Below, piece after piece: positions 20,295 through 29,512 of a DNA stretch of 64,000 bases. Position numbers and translations under genes: made by a program. A model generated the notes under the pieces. That model was given only the letters and a program-made list of their open reading frames with translations. It did no database searches and had not been told where the DNA came from. The DNA lies in the IMG/VR virus record IMGVR_UViG_3300037384_000074, positions 20,112-84,111 of that record; one strand, written 5' to 3'. How positions within the stretch are numbered: the first letter of the stretch is position 1; every line of letters begins with the position of its first letter. The stretch comes from a virus. Lineage: Duplodnaviria > Heunggongvirae > Uroviricota > Caudoviricetes.

Positions 20295-20466
20295 TTTTAT
20301 TATAATGTATCTAATAGTGAGTGGATCACTTTTGATCCAGACTCTACTATCAGATAACCTCGTTAATATGAGGTTGCGAGAGCGTTTCCGCAATACAAAT
20401 ATGGTGACCACTAGTGTATTTCTACTAGTGTTCTGGCCTCTAATCGTTATTATACACGGCCGATGA
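20284..20466 (+). CDS. small two-TM membrane protein
   Basis: 60 aa with two hydrophobic helices, adjacent to the spanins. Confidence 0.3.
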   Translation: MLTSFIIMYLIVSGSLLIQTLLSDNLVNMRLRERFRNTNMVTTSVFLLVFWPLIVIIHGR

Positions 20467-20888
20467 AATTAATCATTGCTGGCAGTAGAACCATCAATTC
20501 GATGGACGTTTTGTGCCGTGCTTTTGGCAAATTCTCTGACAAATTTGTTGGATTAGACATAATCGTCTCTGGGCATCAACCTAAAGGCGTGGATGCTCTT
20601 GGAGAGAAATTTGCAGAGGATTTTGATCTAGATATCAAGACATTTCCTCCTGACTACGACAATTATCCTCCAAAAGTTGCTCCGCTAATGCGTAATAAGC
20701 AAATGGCTCATTATGCAGATAAGGCGTTGATTGTATGGGACGGAATCTCAACTGGCTCTAAAAATATGGAGTGGAACATGAAACAGTTGAGGAAGCCTGT
20801 CTTCGTCTATAAGGTGGAAATCATCAAGGCGTTTGATGACTCAAATAGGGTATTCTACCAGTTACCGACTGGTGAGATTTTGGAGTAG
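20463..20888 (+). CDS. DUF2493 / YspA-like SLOG-family protein
   Basis: MKLIIAGSRTIN...IIVSGHQPKGVDALGEKFAED...VAPLMRNKQM...VWDGISTGSKNM matches the DUF2493 pattern (GSR ... G..GaD ... RN..M). Confidence 0.55.
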   Translation: MKLIIAGSRTINSMDVLCRAFGKFSDKFVGLDIIVSGHQPKGVDALGEKFAEDFDLDIKTFPPDYDNYPPKVAPLMRNKQMAHYADKALIVWDGISTGSKNMEWNMKQLRKPVFVYKVEIIKAFDDSNRVFYQLPTGEILE

Positions 20889-20891
20889 ACT

Positions 20892-21188
20892 ATGGATTAT
20901 GCTGCTAAAATTCAGATCGGAAAGCATAGCTATAACTGGATGAAACGTGGATATTACGAGCGGATTGTATCTGGTCCTAAAGGAATGGAAATATTCATTG
21001 TAGTCCCGTTTGAAGGCGTCGATCCTGAAAATTGGCGGTTCTCTTATTCTCGTTTTGCGTATACTCCGACCCCGTGGGAATATTCGAAGCTGGTCAACGA
21101 TATTCTGCTGCAGGTGTCGGATAATGCTCAGTCATCGGAAGAAATTCCCGAAATCAAATCTAAGCCTAGCCTTGTTGTGGTGAAGTGA
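20892..21188 (+). CDS. hypothetical protein
   Basis: 98-aa ORF. Confidence 0.4.
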   Translation: MDYAAKIQIGKHSYNWMKRGYYERIVSGPKGMEIFIVVPFEGVDPENWRFSYSRFAYTPTPWEYSKLVNDILLQVSDNAQSSEEIPEIKSKPSLVVVK

Positions 21189-21338
21189 TGATTAACGTAT
21201 ACGACTATGTGTGGCCAACATCCAAATACGATAAGCCGGGTTGGTTCGACAAGATCAAATCCAAGATTAGGGCATACAGACTGAAGCGATCGATCAAAAA
21301 GATCATCGTTGAAGTTGATCAAGTGATGAAGGATCATA

Positions 21339-21752
21339 ATGGAAATCGATAATCACGAAGTAAGATTGTACGTCATTGTCCGAACTGATATGGATTCGAT
21401 GAATCCAGGTCGTGTTGCAGCTCAGGTCAGTCATGCCGCTTCACAGGTAGCGTGGGCAGCGTTCATTGTTCCTCGCGACTCCGAAATCCAGGCTCTATAT
21501 GCGGAGTGGGTCGGCACGAGGGCTGCTGACCAAATTCGAGGTTTTGGAACCACTATTGTTCTCGACGGCGGTGACAATTTCAATGAACTCTGTGAACTCG
21601 GAACACATCATGGCGTCGTAATCGACCCAACCTATCCGATTTTGGACGGTAAAATCGTTCATTTGGTCAACATTCCTACTTGCTCTTGGATCCTAGCACG
21701 TGTTAAGGATGTGCCTGAACAGATCCGAAATCTCCCTCTATACAAAGGATAA
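21339..21752 (+). CDS. peptidyl-tRNA hydrolase, PTH2 family
   Basis: RLYVIVRTDMDSMNPGRVAAQVSHAAS matches the PTH2 signature (vvRtDL.M..GK.aAQ..HAa). Confidence 0.5.
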   Translation: MEIDNHEVRLYVIVRTDMDSMNPGRVAAQVSHAASQVAWAAFIVPRDSEIQALYAEWVGTRAADQIRGFGTTIVLDGGDNFNELCELGTHHGVVIDPTYPILDGKIVHLVNIPTCSWILARVKDVPEQIRNLPLYKG

Positions 21753-21757
21753 TAACG

Positions 21758-22093
21758 ATGATTTACCGTGATAACTGCTTTTCGCCCGCAGATTGGAACA
21801 AGCTGAAGCTTGAGCTTGAGGTTGAATACTCTGAAATTCGACTCGATGTCTTTGATCTCTGCGCAGTTGACACTCTTACTCTCGATTATGAGACGTACAG
21901 CCTCTGGGTACATACCTGGAAGAGTGTTTACAGTGCCCTATCGGATATGATCCGTGAACTCAAGGAAGAGCAGGAATTCCACTACGTCAACAAGTATGCA
22001 AAGCTAGTGAACACTCTGCTGAATGCTCGAGCTTTTGCCAAACAGGAGCATCGGAAGCGTGTCAAGCCACTTATTGAAGACGATCAGTCGTAA
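21758..22093 (+). CDS. hypothetical protein
   Basis: 111-aa ORF. Confidence 0.4.
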   Translation: MIYRDNCFSPADWNKLKLELEVEYSEIRLDVFDLCAVDTLTLDYETYSLWVHTWKSVYSALSDMIRELKEEQEFHYVNKYAKLVNTLLNARAFAKQEHRKRVKPLIEDDQS

Positions 22094-22961
22094 AGAACTG
22101 GCTGTAACTAAGGGTCAGAAGTGGATCGCTGATAGCCTTCAATATGAAGTAATCATGGGTTCAACTGCCTATGGCGTATCAACGGACACTTCTGACCTCG
22201 ATATCTATGGTTGGTGTATCCCACCTAAATCGTTTGTCTTCCCTCATACAGAGGGTTATATTGACGGTTTAGGCCCTTCACCTCCTAGATTTGAACAGTT
22301 TTCACAGCACCATGTGAAAACTGCACGTCACGAGTACGATTTCACAATCTATAACCTCGTCAAATACGTTCAGTTAGTCGCTGAAAACAATCCAAACATG
22401 ATTGATTCACTGTTTGTACCTCCAAACTGTGTCACACATATTACCGAAGTTGGCAATATGTTGCGTGATCGACGTAAAGATCTCCTACACAAGGGATCGT
22501 GGCACAAGTTCAAAGGATATGCTTACTCTCAGATTCACAAGATCAAGAACAAGGAATTCAACCCTAATTGGACAACGAAGCGTAAAGACCGAATCCAAGA
22601 AATTGGCTTCGACAGCAAGCAGTCATACCACGCTGTCCGTTTGATCGACGAAGCCGAGCAGATCCTGCTTCACGGTGACATTGACCTACAGAGAAATCGT
22701 GAGCACTACAAGGCTATTCGTCGCGGTGATCTGACTTTCGACCAGGTTGCTGAATACTTCTTCAACAAAGAACGCGACCTCGAGAAAGTGTATCTCGAGT
22801 GTAAACTGCCTCATGGTCCCAATTGGCCCATGATTAATGGACTAGTTTATGATATTTTGGAACAGTTTTACGGGTCTATTTCTGAAGTACCGAGGCATAA
22901 TGATGTCTCATTACTTCTAAATGATCTAGAGAAACTATTCCATAGGTATAAACAAGCATGA
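22023..22961 (+). CDS. nucleotidyltransferase, pol-beta superfamily
   Basis: GSTAYGVSTDTSDLDIYGW is the GS-x(n)-DxD signature. Start uncertain (ATG 22023 overlaps the upstream ORF). Confidence 0.5.
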   Translation: MLELLPNRSIGSVSSHLLKTISRKELAVTKGQKWIADSLQYEVIMGSTAYGVSTDTSDLDIYGWCIPPKSFVFPHTEGYIDGLGPSPPRFEQFSQHHVKTARHEYDFTIYNLVKYVQLVAENNPNMIDSLFVPPNCVTHITEVGNMLRDRRKDLLHKGSWHKFKGYAYSQIHKIKNKEFNPNWTTKRKDRIQEIGFDSKQSYHAVRLIDEAEQILLHGDIDLQRNREHYKAIRRGDLTFDQVAEYFFNKERDLEKVYLECKLPHGPNWPMINGLVYDILEQFYGSISEVPRHNDVSLLLNDLEKLFHRYKQA

Positions 22962-23740
22962 AATATCTAGACGCTGTTGTATTAATTCTTCTGTCAGTAT
23001 TCGTCTATGCGGCAATGACAGACAGTAATTGGTACGAGTTTCGACACAATATTCTTGGTGAAAACCCGAGAAGTATTGCAGAAAATGTTGAATCTACTAC
23101 TGAGATATTGGTAATCAACTCTGAAAACCCTAAAGAGATGGGATCTGGTACGGGAGTGCTAATTAACTCACGTCAGATCCTGTCTGCTGCCCACATATTT
23201 GACCCCAAGTGGAATAATCCTACTATCAAAGTCAAGGTATTAGGTGAAGATATTGTAGCTAAAGTTGACAACGTTTTCATTGAAAACGGAGAGGATCTAG
23301 CGGTACTAACGCTTGAAAAGGCAGTACCGCTAGATCCTATATCTATTGATTGCACTCCATTGCAATATTCTGCTGAAGATGTATACACTATTGGTTCGCC
23401 ATATGGTACTGAAAAGTTAATCCGGTTCGGCAATATTGCGAGATTGAGCCCAACTTTATACAAACGAGCTTGGCAACAGGATAAAACTGAAGAAGAAAAA
23501 CTTGAGTGGAAGAAGAATCATAAATCACTCAACACGATTGATATGACAGCTTTTCCTGGTAATTCCGGCGGTCCTGTCTTCAATAAGCGCAATAATATGA
23601 TTGGGATAGTCAGTAGTATCATGACTGTTATAAATTTAAATGGGCGTGGATACGAAAATAACCATTATACATTCACTATTAAGCCGGAATTAGTGTGTCA
23701 AGTTCTCACTGATGGCAAATATAAATTCATGAAAGCATAA
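22958..23740 (+). CDS. trypsin-like serine protease (S1 family) with N-terminal signal/TM
   Basis: Catalytic triad contexts ILSAAHI (His), GEDLAVLTL (Asp), FPGNSGGPVF (Ser, GDSGGP-like); hydrophobic N-terminus. Confidence 0.7.
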   Translation: MKYLDAVVLILLSVFVYAAMTDSNWYEFRHNILGENPRSIAENVESTTEILVINSENPKEMGSGTGVLINSRQILSAAHIFDPKWNNPTIKVKVLGEDIVAKVDNVFIENGEDLAVLTLEKAVPLDPISIDCTPLQYSAEDVYTIGSPYGTEKLIRFGNIARLSPTLYKRAWQQDKTEEEKLEWKKNHKSLNTIDMTAFPGNSGGPVFNKRNNMIGIVSSIMTVINLNGRGYENNHYTFTIKPELVCQVLTDGKYKFMKA

Positions 23741-23741
23741 T

Positions 23742-24638
23742 ATGACAACAATTAGTGCCAAATCGGTACAGTCGTCTCGCGGTCTATCAACGGGCGAAAC
23801 TGTCCATTCAATTGAGGCTAGATATCCTCGATTTATCCACGCAGAAGTAATGACTCATCGCGATTTCTCGCGAAATGCAGCTAGCTCTCGAGCTATTCCG
23901 ATCCTTAAAATGATCAAGGATATCATCAAGGATCCGGCAGTCCCACTGCACCTTGGAGCCGCCCAGAAGGGAATGCAGGCAGATGTTGAGCTGACAGGAT
24001 GGCGCCGTTGGCTTGTTCGGACTGCTTGGCTTACTGCAATGTGGTTCGTAATTGTACTAGCTTTGATTGCATACGCAGCCGGTGCTCATAAGCAAGTTGT
24101 AAATCGAATGCTGGAGCCTTGGTCGCATATCACAGTAATCATTACCTCTTCGAGTTGGAATAACTTCTTCCATCTAAGGCGTCATCGAGATGCTGAGCCG
24201 CATATTCATATGCTCGCCGATAGGATTTACGAAGCAATCCAGAACGCTGATGTGTATACTATTGGTGATGGTGAATGGCACGTGCCATACGTAGATCGCG
24301 CTGTTGACATGTATAGTAAAACCGTGTATTCAGTGCGAGATGAGACTGGCAATGTTATCGTCTTGAGTCTAGACGAAGCTCTGATTGTATCAGCAGCACG
24401 TTGTGCATCAACATCTTATCGAACTGTTGACGGTAAGATCATGAGCTATGAACGCGCCAAGATTGTAGCTGACAAACTCGTTAAGGCAGACGTTCTACAC
24501 GCTTCACCTTTCGAACATCAGTGCACTCCTGATCGTAAGGGTCCAGGTGATCAGTGGGATAATCCTAGACTGCACGGCAATCTACGTGGTTTCAAGCAGG
24601 CTCGTAAGCTATATCCAAACGAATCTGTACCGGGATAA
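23742..24638 (+). CDS. thyX: flavin-dependent thymidylate synthase ThyX (motif variant THR for RHR)
   Basis: FIHAEVMTHRDFSRNAASSRA aligns with the ThyX signature F.H..vRHR..S....S.R. No ThyA-type motifs. Confidence 0.65.
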   Translation: MTTISAKSVQSSRGLSTGETVHSIEARYPRFIHAEVMTHRDFSRNAASSRAIPILKMIKDIIKDPAVPLHLGAAQKGMQADVELTGWRRWLVRTAWLTAMWFVIVLALIAYAAGAHKQVVNRMLEPWSHITVIITSSSWNNFFHLRRHRDAEPHIHMLADRIYEAIQNADVYTIGDGEWHVPYVDRAVDMYSKTVYSVRDETGNVIVLSLDEALIVSAARCASTSYRTVDGKIMSYERAKIVADKLVKADVLHASPFEHQCTPDRKGPGDQWDNPRLHGNLRGFKQARKLYPNESVPG

Positions 24639-24693
24639 TGTGTTGACTTGTAACATAAACATCGTATAATTTCGATAATAATGGAGATGTGAT

Positions 24694-25977
24694 ATGCGTG
24701 TTTATGAAGTTGGCGGCAAAGTTAGAGACTCTATATTGGGGATGGCATCAAATGACATTGATTATGTCATTGTTGGAGGCACCCATGAAGAGATGATTGC
24801 TGCCGGTTATAAGCAGGTTGGGGTCGATTTTCCAGTCTACATTGATGAAAAGGGTATCGAGCATGCTTTCGCTCGCACTGAGCGAAAGACTGGTGATGGA
24901 TACACGAGTTTCACTGTATCGACTCTGAATGTCACACTCGAAGAAGATCTTGCCCGCCGCGACCTCACTATCAACGCCATGGCGCAGCGAGCGAGATCTC
25001 ACCCACTCGATGATGGGTCCGACGATGGATATGACCATCATTGGATGGATACTGCCGCGGTAATCGATCCTTATAAGGGTCGTCGTGATCTCGACACTTG
25101 TGTGATTCGGCACGTGACAGACGCCGGGTTTGTTGAAGATCCTGTCCGAATCTTGCGAGTTGCGCGATTTTTGGCACGATTCCCCACGTTTGATGTCCAT
25201 CCTGACACCTTCAAGTTGATCAAGAAAATGGTCGACGACGGGATGGTTCATCATCTTGTACCTGATCGAGTCGCGCTAGAGCTCAAGAAGGCTCTATCAT
25301 CATCGGTTCCTTCTAGGTTCTTCTACTTCCTTCAAATGGTAGGGGCACTGGAAATACTGTTTCCTGAACTCCACGCTTTGATCGGAAAAACTCAGCCTTC
25401 TCGTCATCATCCTGAAGGGGATGCGTTCGTTCATACGATGCTCGTCCTCGAAGAGAGTGCAAATCGATCCGACATCATGTATCGTTGGGCAGCTCTCGTG
25501 CATGATCTTGGGAAGGGGACTTCTGATATAGCGAATCTCCCTCATCATTATGGGCATGAAGATCGTGGGCCTGCTCTTGTAGAGAAGATGGTTAAGCGTC
25601 TCAACCTGTCGAATGACTTCTTGAAGGTCGGGCAGTTTGTGGCGAAGTATCATACTCATGTTCATCGTGTCTTTGTGATGAAGGCTAGCACTATTGCCAA
25701 TATCGCAGAGCTCTCGGTCGTTCGAGATCGAAAGATGATAGAGTATCTGTGCATCACATCTAGCAACGATGCACGTGGGCGTGGGCCATACTATGCGCGC
25801 GTATCGTATCCAAATTGCGCTGCAATGTCCTCTGCTTTGCACGCTGCAGTAGATATCAACCTACGAGATGTAATGACTGAGGAAGAGATTGAAAAGGCTT
25901 CGATCGATAAGCGGAAACAAGTTCTGTTTCGAGCTCGAACCAACGCTGTCAGTAATGCACTCGCAAGATTCAAGTAG
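24694..25977 (+). CDS. cca: CCA-adding tRNA nucleotidyltransferase with HD phosphohydrolase domain
   Basis: Head MRVYEVGGKVRDSILG...DIDYVIVGG (GGxVRD, DxD) and HD domain HHPEGDAFVHTMLVLE...HDLGK; 427 aa, as in class II bacterial CCA enzymes. Confidence 0.8.
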   Translation: MRVYEVGGKVRDSILGMASNDIDYVIVGGTHEEMIAAGYKQVGVDFPVYIDEKGIEHAFARTERKTGDGYTSFTVSTLNVTLEEDLARRDLTINAMAQRARSHPLDDGSDDGYDHHWMDTAAVIDPYKGRRDLDTCVIRHVTDAGFVEDPVRILRVARFLARFPTFDVHPDTFKLIKKMVDDGMVHHLVPDRVALELKKALSSSVPSRFFYFLQMVGALEILFPELHALIGKTQPSRHHPEGDAFVHTMLVLEESANRSDIMYRWAALVHDLGKGTSDIANLPHHYGHEDRGPALVEKMVKRLNLSNDFLKVGQFVAKYHTHVHRVFVMKASTIANIAELSVVRDRKMIEYLCITSSNDARGRGPYYARVSYPNCAAMSSALHAAVDINLRDVMTEEEIEKASIDKRKQVLFRARTNAVSNALARFK

Positions 25978-25985
25978 GATTTACA

Positions 25986-26666
25986 TTGGACTATAATTTC
26001 CCAATCATTGCCAATTATGATGCTATCAAGTTTGCTCTAGAAGGCCCAGGTAGTGATGACTTTGTAGAGGTCGTAAAAGGCTCCTACAAAGTCATCAACT
26101 ACATTAAGATCTCTTCGGACACATTTCGACCAATTAATGTCGAAGGTATTGGTCACGAAGAACGTCAGAGACGTATCATTCGCCGCGAATTCCGTGGCTT
26201 GATCTTTGATGATAAGTCCGGTGATCTAATTCGTCGACCATATTCCAAGTTTTTCAACTTGAATGAACGTGAAGAAACGTTGAAGGAAACGATTGACTTC
26301 AATCAGCCTCATGATATTCTTCAAAAACTCGACGGGAGTATGGTGGCACCCTTCATCACAAGTGATGGAGTACTCCGCTTTGGAACAAAGATGGGAGAGA
26401 CTGATATCTCTCAACAGGCTCTCGACTACTGTAAAAAAAACGATAAAGATCTCGATTTCATTCGTTGGGTAATTGAAGAGCTCGGAAGCACACCCATTTT
26501 TGAGTGGTGTTCTAGGGCAAATCGTGTAGTAATCGACTACCCTCAGCCGCGATTCGTGTTGACCGCTTGTCGTGATATAGTATCAGGGACTTACTGGAGT
26601 TTCGATGAAATGCATGCTACCTTTGGCATGCAAAATTTCGAAATCGTGGGACATTTTAAGGTATAA
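25986..26666 (+). CDS. rnlA: RNA ligase 1 (T4 RnlA-like), N-terminal part with adenylylation motif I
   Basis: LQKLDGSMV is the KxDGS motif I, at the position expected for Rnl1. Ends at an in-frame TAA (26664-26666). Confidence 0.7.
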   Translation: MDYNFPIIANYDAIKFALEGPGSDDFVEVVKGSYKVINYIKISSDTFRPINVEGIGHEERQRRIIRREFRGLIFDDKSGDLIRRPYSKFFNLNEREETLKETIDFNQPHDILQKLDGSMVAPFITSDGVLRFGTKMGETDISQQALDYCKKNDKDLDFIRWVIEELGSTPIFEWCSRANRVVIDYPQPRFVLTACRDIVSGTYWSFDEMHATFGMQNFEIVGHFKV

Positions 26667-26669
26667 TTA

Positions 26670-27215
26670 GTGAAAACTGATATTGATTCCTTGCTTCAGG
26701 TCATTGTGGACCTTGAAGGGCAAGAAGGTGTAGTCGTTCGCTTTAGTGACGGCCACATGACAAAAATCAAGAGCTCCATTTACGTCAATATCCATCGTGC
26801 TAAGGATAATCTCCTGTACGAACGTCACGTCATTGAGATGATTCTTAATGAAACAGTGGATGATGTGAAGGCATTCTTGCCTGATATTGACAAGCAGAAC
26901 CTAGATCAGTACCAAGATAATATCTCAAAGTGGATCGACTCCACAGTTGAGCGCCTGTATTTACTTTGCTATAAGCCAATGATTGAAGAGAAATACTCTC
27001 GTAAACAGTTTGCAATCAATGTATCTGCTCAGGCTAAACCATTCGATTCATTTCTGTTTAAGAATTATGAGCAGATTCAGGAAGCTGACCCCAGTATATA
27101 CCATGAGTTTCTTGTTGAAGGTGTGGAACAAGCTCTACTGAAAGCCTGTAGTTCTAACTCTAGCTTGACAACGTTCAAGTCTATCGCAAATATCCATTTC
27201 AATTGGAGTCTATAA
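26670..27215 (+). CDS. rnlA: RNA ligase 1, C-terminal part (motifs IV and V), same frame as the upstream part
   Basis: EGQEGVVVRF is motif IV and HMTKIKS is motif V. The spacing from motif I (~132 aa) equals that in T4 Rnl1. It is separated from the N-terminal part by a single TAA plus one codon. Confidence 0.65.
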   Translation: MKTDIDSLLQVIVDLEGQEGVVVRFSDGHMTKIKSSIYVNIHRAKDNLLYERHVIEMILNETVDDVKAFLPDIDKQNLDQYQDNISKWIDSTVERLYLLCYKPMIEEKYSRKQFAINVSAQAKPFDSFLFKNYEQIQEADPSIYHEFLVEGVEQALLKACSSNSSLTTFKSIANIHFNWSL

Positions 27216-27688
27216 TGCCTAATTGTGTGCTTTTGGTAGGTCTGCCATGTTCTGGCAAGACCACTTTTGTTCGGAATCACCCCGAATATTGTGACAATCG
27301 TCGTTATGAAATCCTGAGCAGCGACGATATTCTTGAAGAGATGGCTGAGATCCTTGGTAAGACATACAATGAAGCTTGGCCTGATTATTATGCGTGGGCC
27401 GATTTCCTTTTCTGGGAAAGGCTTGATAAGGCAATCGCTGATAAGCGTAATTTTATTGTCGATCGCACGAGTCTGACGGTCAATACACGTCGTAAGATCC
27501 TCAGTAGAGTTCCTAAATCCTACAAGAAAATCGCTATCGATTTTAAGCCAAACCCGACTGTGACTAACAAGCGGAACGTTCGGCCTGGAAAGATTATCCC
27601 TAATGGGACTCTTTGGTCCATGCTTTGCGCTTATGAAATGCCCTCCTTCTTTGAAGGCTTTGATGATATTGAGCAGCGCCATGTTTGA
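27215..27688 (+). CDS. polynucleotide 5'-kinase, P-loop kinase domain only (T4 Pnk-like, no phosphatase domain)
   Basis: CVLLVGLPCSGKTTFVRNHP vs T4 Pnk IILTIGCPGSGKSTWAREF. 157 aa equals the T4 Pnk kinase domain. TAATG overlap with rnlA. Confidence 0.65.
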   Translation: MPNCVLLVGLPCSGKTTFVRNHPEYCDNRRYEILSSDDILEEMAEILGKTYNEAWPDYYAWADFLFWERLDKAIADKRNFIVDRTSLTVNTRRKILSRVPKSYKKIAIDFKPNPTVTNKRNVRPGKIIPNGTLWSMLCAYEMPSFFEGFDDIEQRHV

Positions 27689-27790
27689 AGCTCACGTAAT
27701 TAATGGAATTAAATTCGTATATCGTGTTACTATTAATGGCAATACCAACCGTAGGATTGAGTTGGTTGCTACATACCCAGATTGGAATGA

Positions 27791-28831
27791 TTGATGAGTG
27801 GTTTACAGAAGAAACAGATCAGCAAGCTAGTTGCTGACCGAGTAAAGTATTGGGCATTCTCTTTCAAGGATGCCAAGAACTTCAAGGACGGAAAGATTCT
27901 TGAACTAGAGAACTTTGAAGAGCCGACCGACGACGATAAGTCCAAGATTCGAGATTTCCAGCAGAGTATTATCCATAACACTGTAGTTACTGGCGGTGCG
28001 ATCGCCTCAATGCTTCTAGGAGAAGAAGTTAACGATCTCGACATCTATTTTAAGGATCGTGAAATCGCCAAGAAGGTTGCTCATTATTACATCAACACTA
28101 TGAAGGAAAAGCTTGGTACAACCAATCAGGTTTCACGTGTCGAAGTTATGGACAACACAACTGGAGGCGTTGATATCGTCATCAAGTCCATGGGTGTCGT
28201 ATCCGACGATAGCGGTGGTACTGGCGACTATGATTACTTCGAGGGTCGTACGGAAAACGATGTCAACGAATTCTTTAACAAATATAAGAAGGTTGCTGGT
28301 AAGAATGACGAGGGTCCGAAGCATGCGGTCTCATTCATCTCGTCTAACGCAATCACACTGAAGAACGATATCCAGATTATTCTACGATTCTGTGGCGATC
28401 CAAGTGAGATCCATAAGAACTTCGACTTCGCACATTGTACGAATTATTGGACTAGCCACACTGGCACAGTATATAATGAGGAAGCTCTGTCAGCACTGTT
28501 GGAAAGGCGGCTATATTACATTGGCTCACGTTACCCTGTAGCATCTCTGTTCCGAATTCGTAAGTTTGTTGAGCGTGGATATAGAATTTCTGGTGGAGAG
28601 ATCCTCAAGATTGCATATGACGTATCCAAGTTGGACTTAGATGAGGCGCATACACTCAAAGATCAGCTTTGTGGTATGGATCTAGCATTTTTCTCACAGG
28701 TCATTTCAATGCTCAATAACCGCGAACCTGGAACAACAATAGATAGGACATATCTTTTTAACGTCGTGGATCGGATATTCAAACTCGGAGAGACTGATGC
28801 TGATAATGGCATGGAACTTCATAACGACTGA
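27791..28831 (+). CDS. nucleotidyltransferase, CCA/poly(A)-polymerase head-like (pol-beta superfamily)
   Basis: VVTGGAIASMLLGEEVNDLDIYF resembles the class II CCA/PAP head (GGxxxxxLLGxxxxDxDI). Confidence 0.45.
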   Translation: MMSGLQKKQISKLVADRVKYWAFSFKDAKNFKDGKILELENFEEPTDDDKSKIRDFQQSIIHNTVVTGGAIASMLLGEEVNDLDIYFKDREIAKKVAHYYINTMKEKLGTTNQVSRVEVMDNTTGGVDIVIKSMGVVSDDSGGTGDYDYFEGRTENDVNEFFNKYKKVAGKNDEGPKHAVSFISSNAITLKNDIQIILRFCGDPSEIHKNFDFAHCTNYWTSHTGTVYNEEALSALLERRLYYIGSRYPVASLFRIRKFVERGYRISGGEILKIAYDVSKLDLDEAHTLKDQLCGMDLAFFSQVISMLNNREPGTTIDRTYLFNVVDRIFKLGETDADNGMELHND

Positions 28832-28878
28832 CCATTCCACACTATTGTGCTATATGGAGCAGTAAAGAATCGGAAACG

Positions 28879-29508
28879 TTGATGTGTAATGTAATGTGTA
28901 ACGATTGCGTCCTAAATCAAAACGCAAAGATCGTGTATGAGATTCATGTTACAGTTGATAGTTCTAGTCTATGTGACCTAGATATTCAGTGGTTTCAAAG
29001 GATGTGTTCAGCATGGGGAATCAAAGGTATCGTAATCGAAAACCTTAGTCCATCTGGAGAAGTCTCCGTCGATGTGATGACATCAAGCGTCGTTAAGACA
29101 ACATACCTTGATGCCTTTAATGAAATGAATGAGATTGCATCTGAGCTAACAGCGTTAGATTTTGATGTTATCAGGCGTAAAATTGAGACTGTTTCCTGGA
29201 ATTTCCCCGATAATCCGGACCAAAAGGGATATTTCGAAACACACATCGAATTCGACGTTGCTGACATCGATCATTTCAGTGTACTAGTGCGGCAGTTGGG
29301 TGGATATGTCAGTAGAAATGCGAATAAGCCTGGAAAGGCTATCGCTACTCTACGTAGAAATGCCCGCTCGTGGTTCCTATATGGCTACGATCTAGGTCCA
29401 TTTGTGGATGGGATTGAGTCGGCAGGATACGTAGCAAACAAAACACTTAATGAGTATTGTCCGTACGATGACAATCCAACTCATGATGATTCGTGGATTA
29501 AAGGGTAA
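28879..29508 (+). CDS. hypothetical protein
   Basis: 209-aa ORF inside the tRNA-repair cluster. Confidence 0.45.
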   Translation: MMCNVMCNDCVLNQNAKIVYEIHVTVDSSSLCDLDIQWFQRMCSAWGIKGIVIENLSPSGEVSVDVMTSSVVKTTYLDAFNEMNEIASELTALDFDVIRRKIETVSWNFPDNPDQKGYFETHIEFDVADIDHFSVLVRQLGGYVSRNANKPGKAIATLRRNARSWFLYGYDLGPFVDGIESAGYVANKTLNEYCPYDDNPTHDDSWIKG

Positions 29509-29512
29509 TATT

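Noticed and set aside
23990-24080. Hydrophobic 28-aa stretch inside ThyX as a transmembrane insertion
   Set aside because: It could simply be the buried helical region of the ThyX fold. This cannot be judged without alignment.
27077-27682. 201-aa minus-strand ORF overlapping the rnlA C-terminus and pnk
   Set aside because: It is antisense to two well-supported motif-bearing genes and has no start context. Likely a frame artefact.
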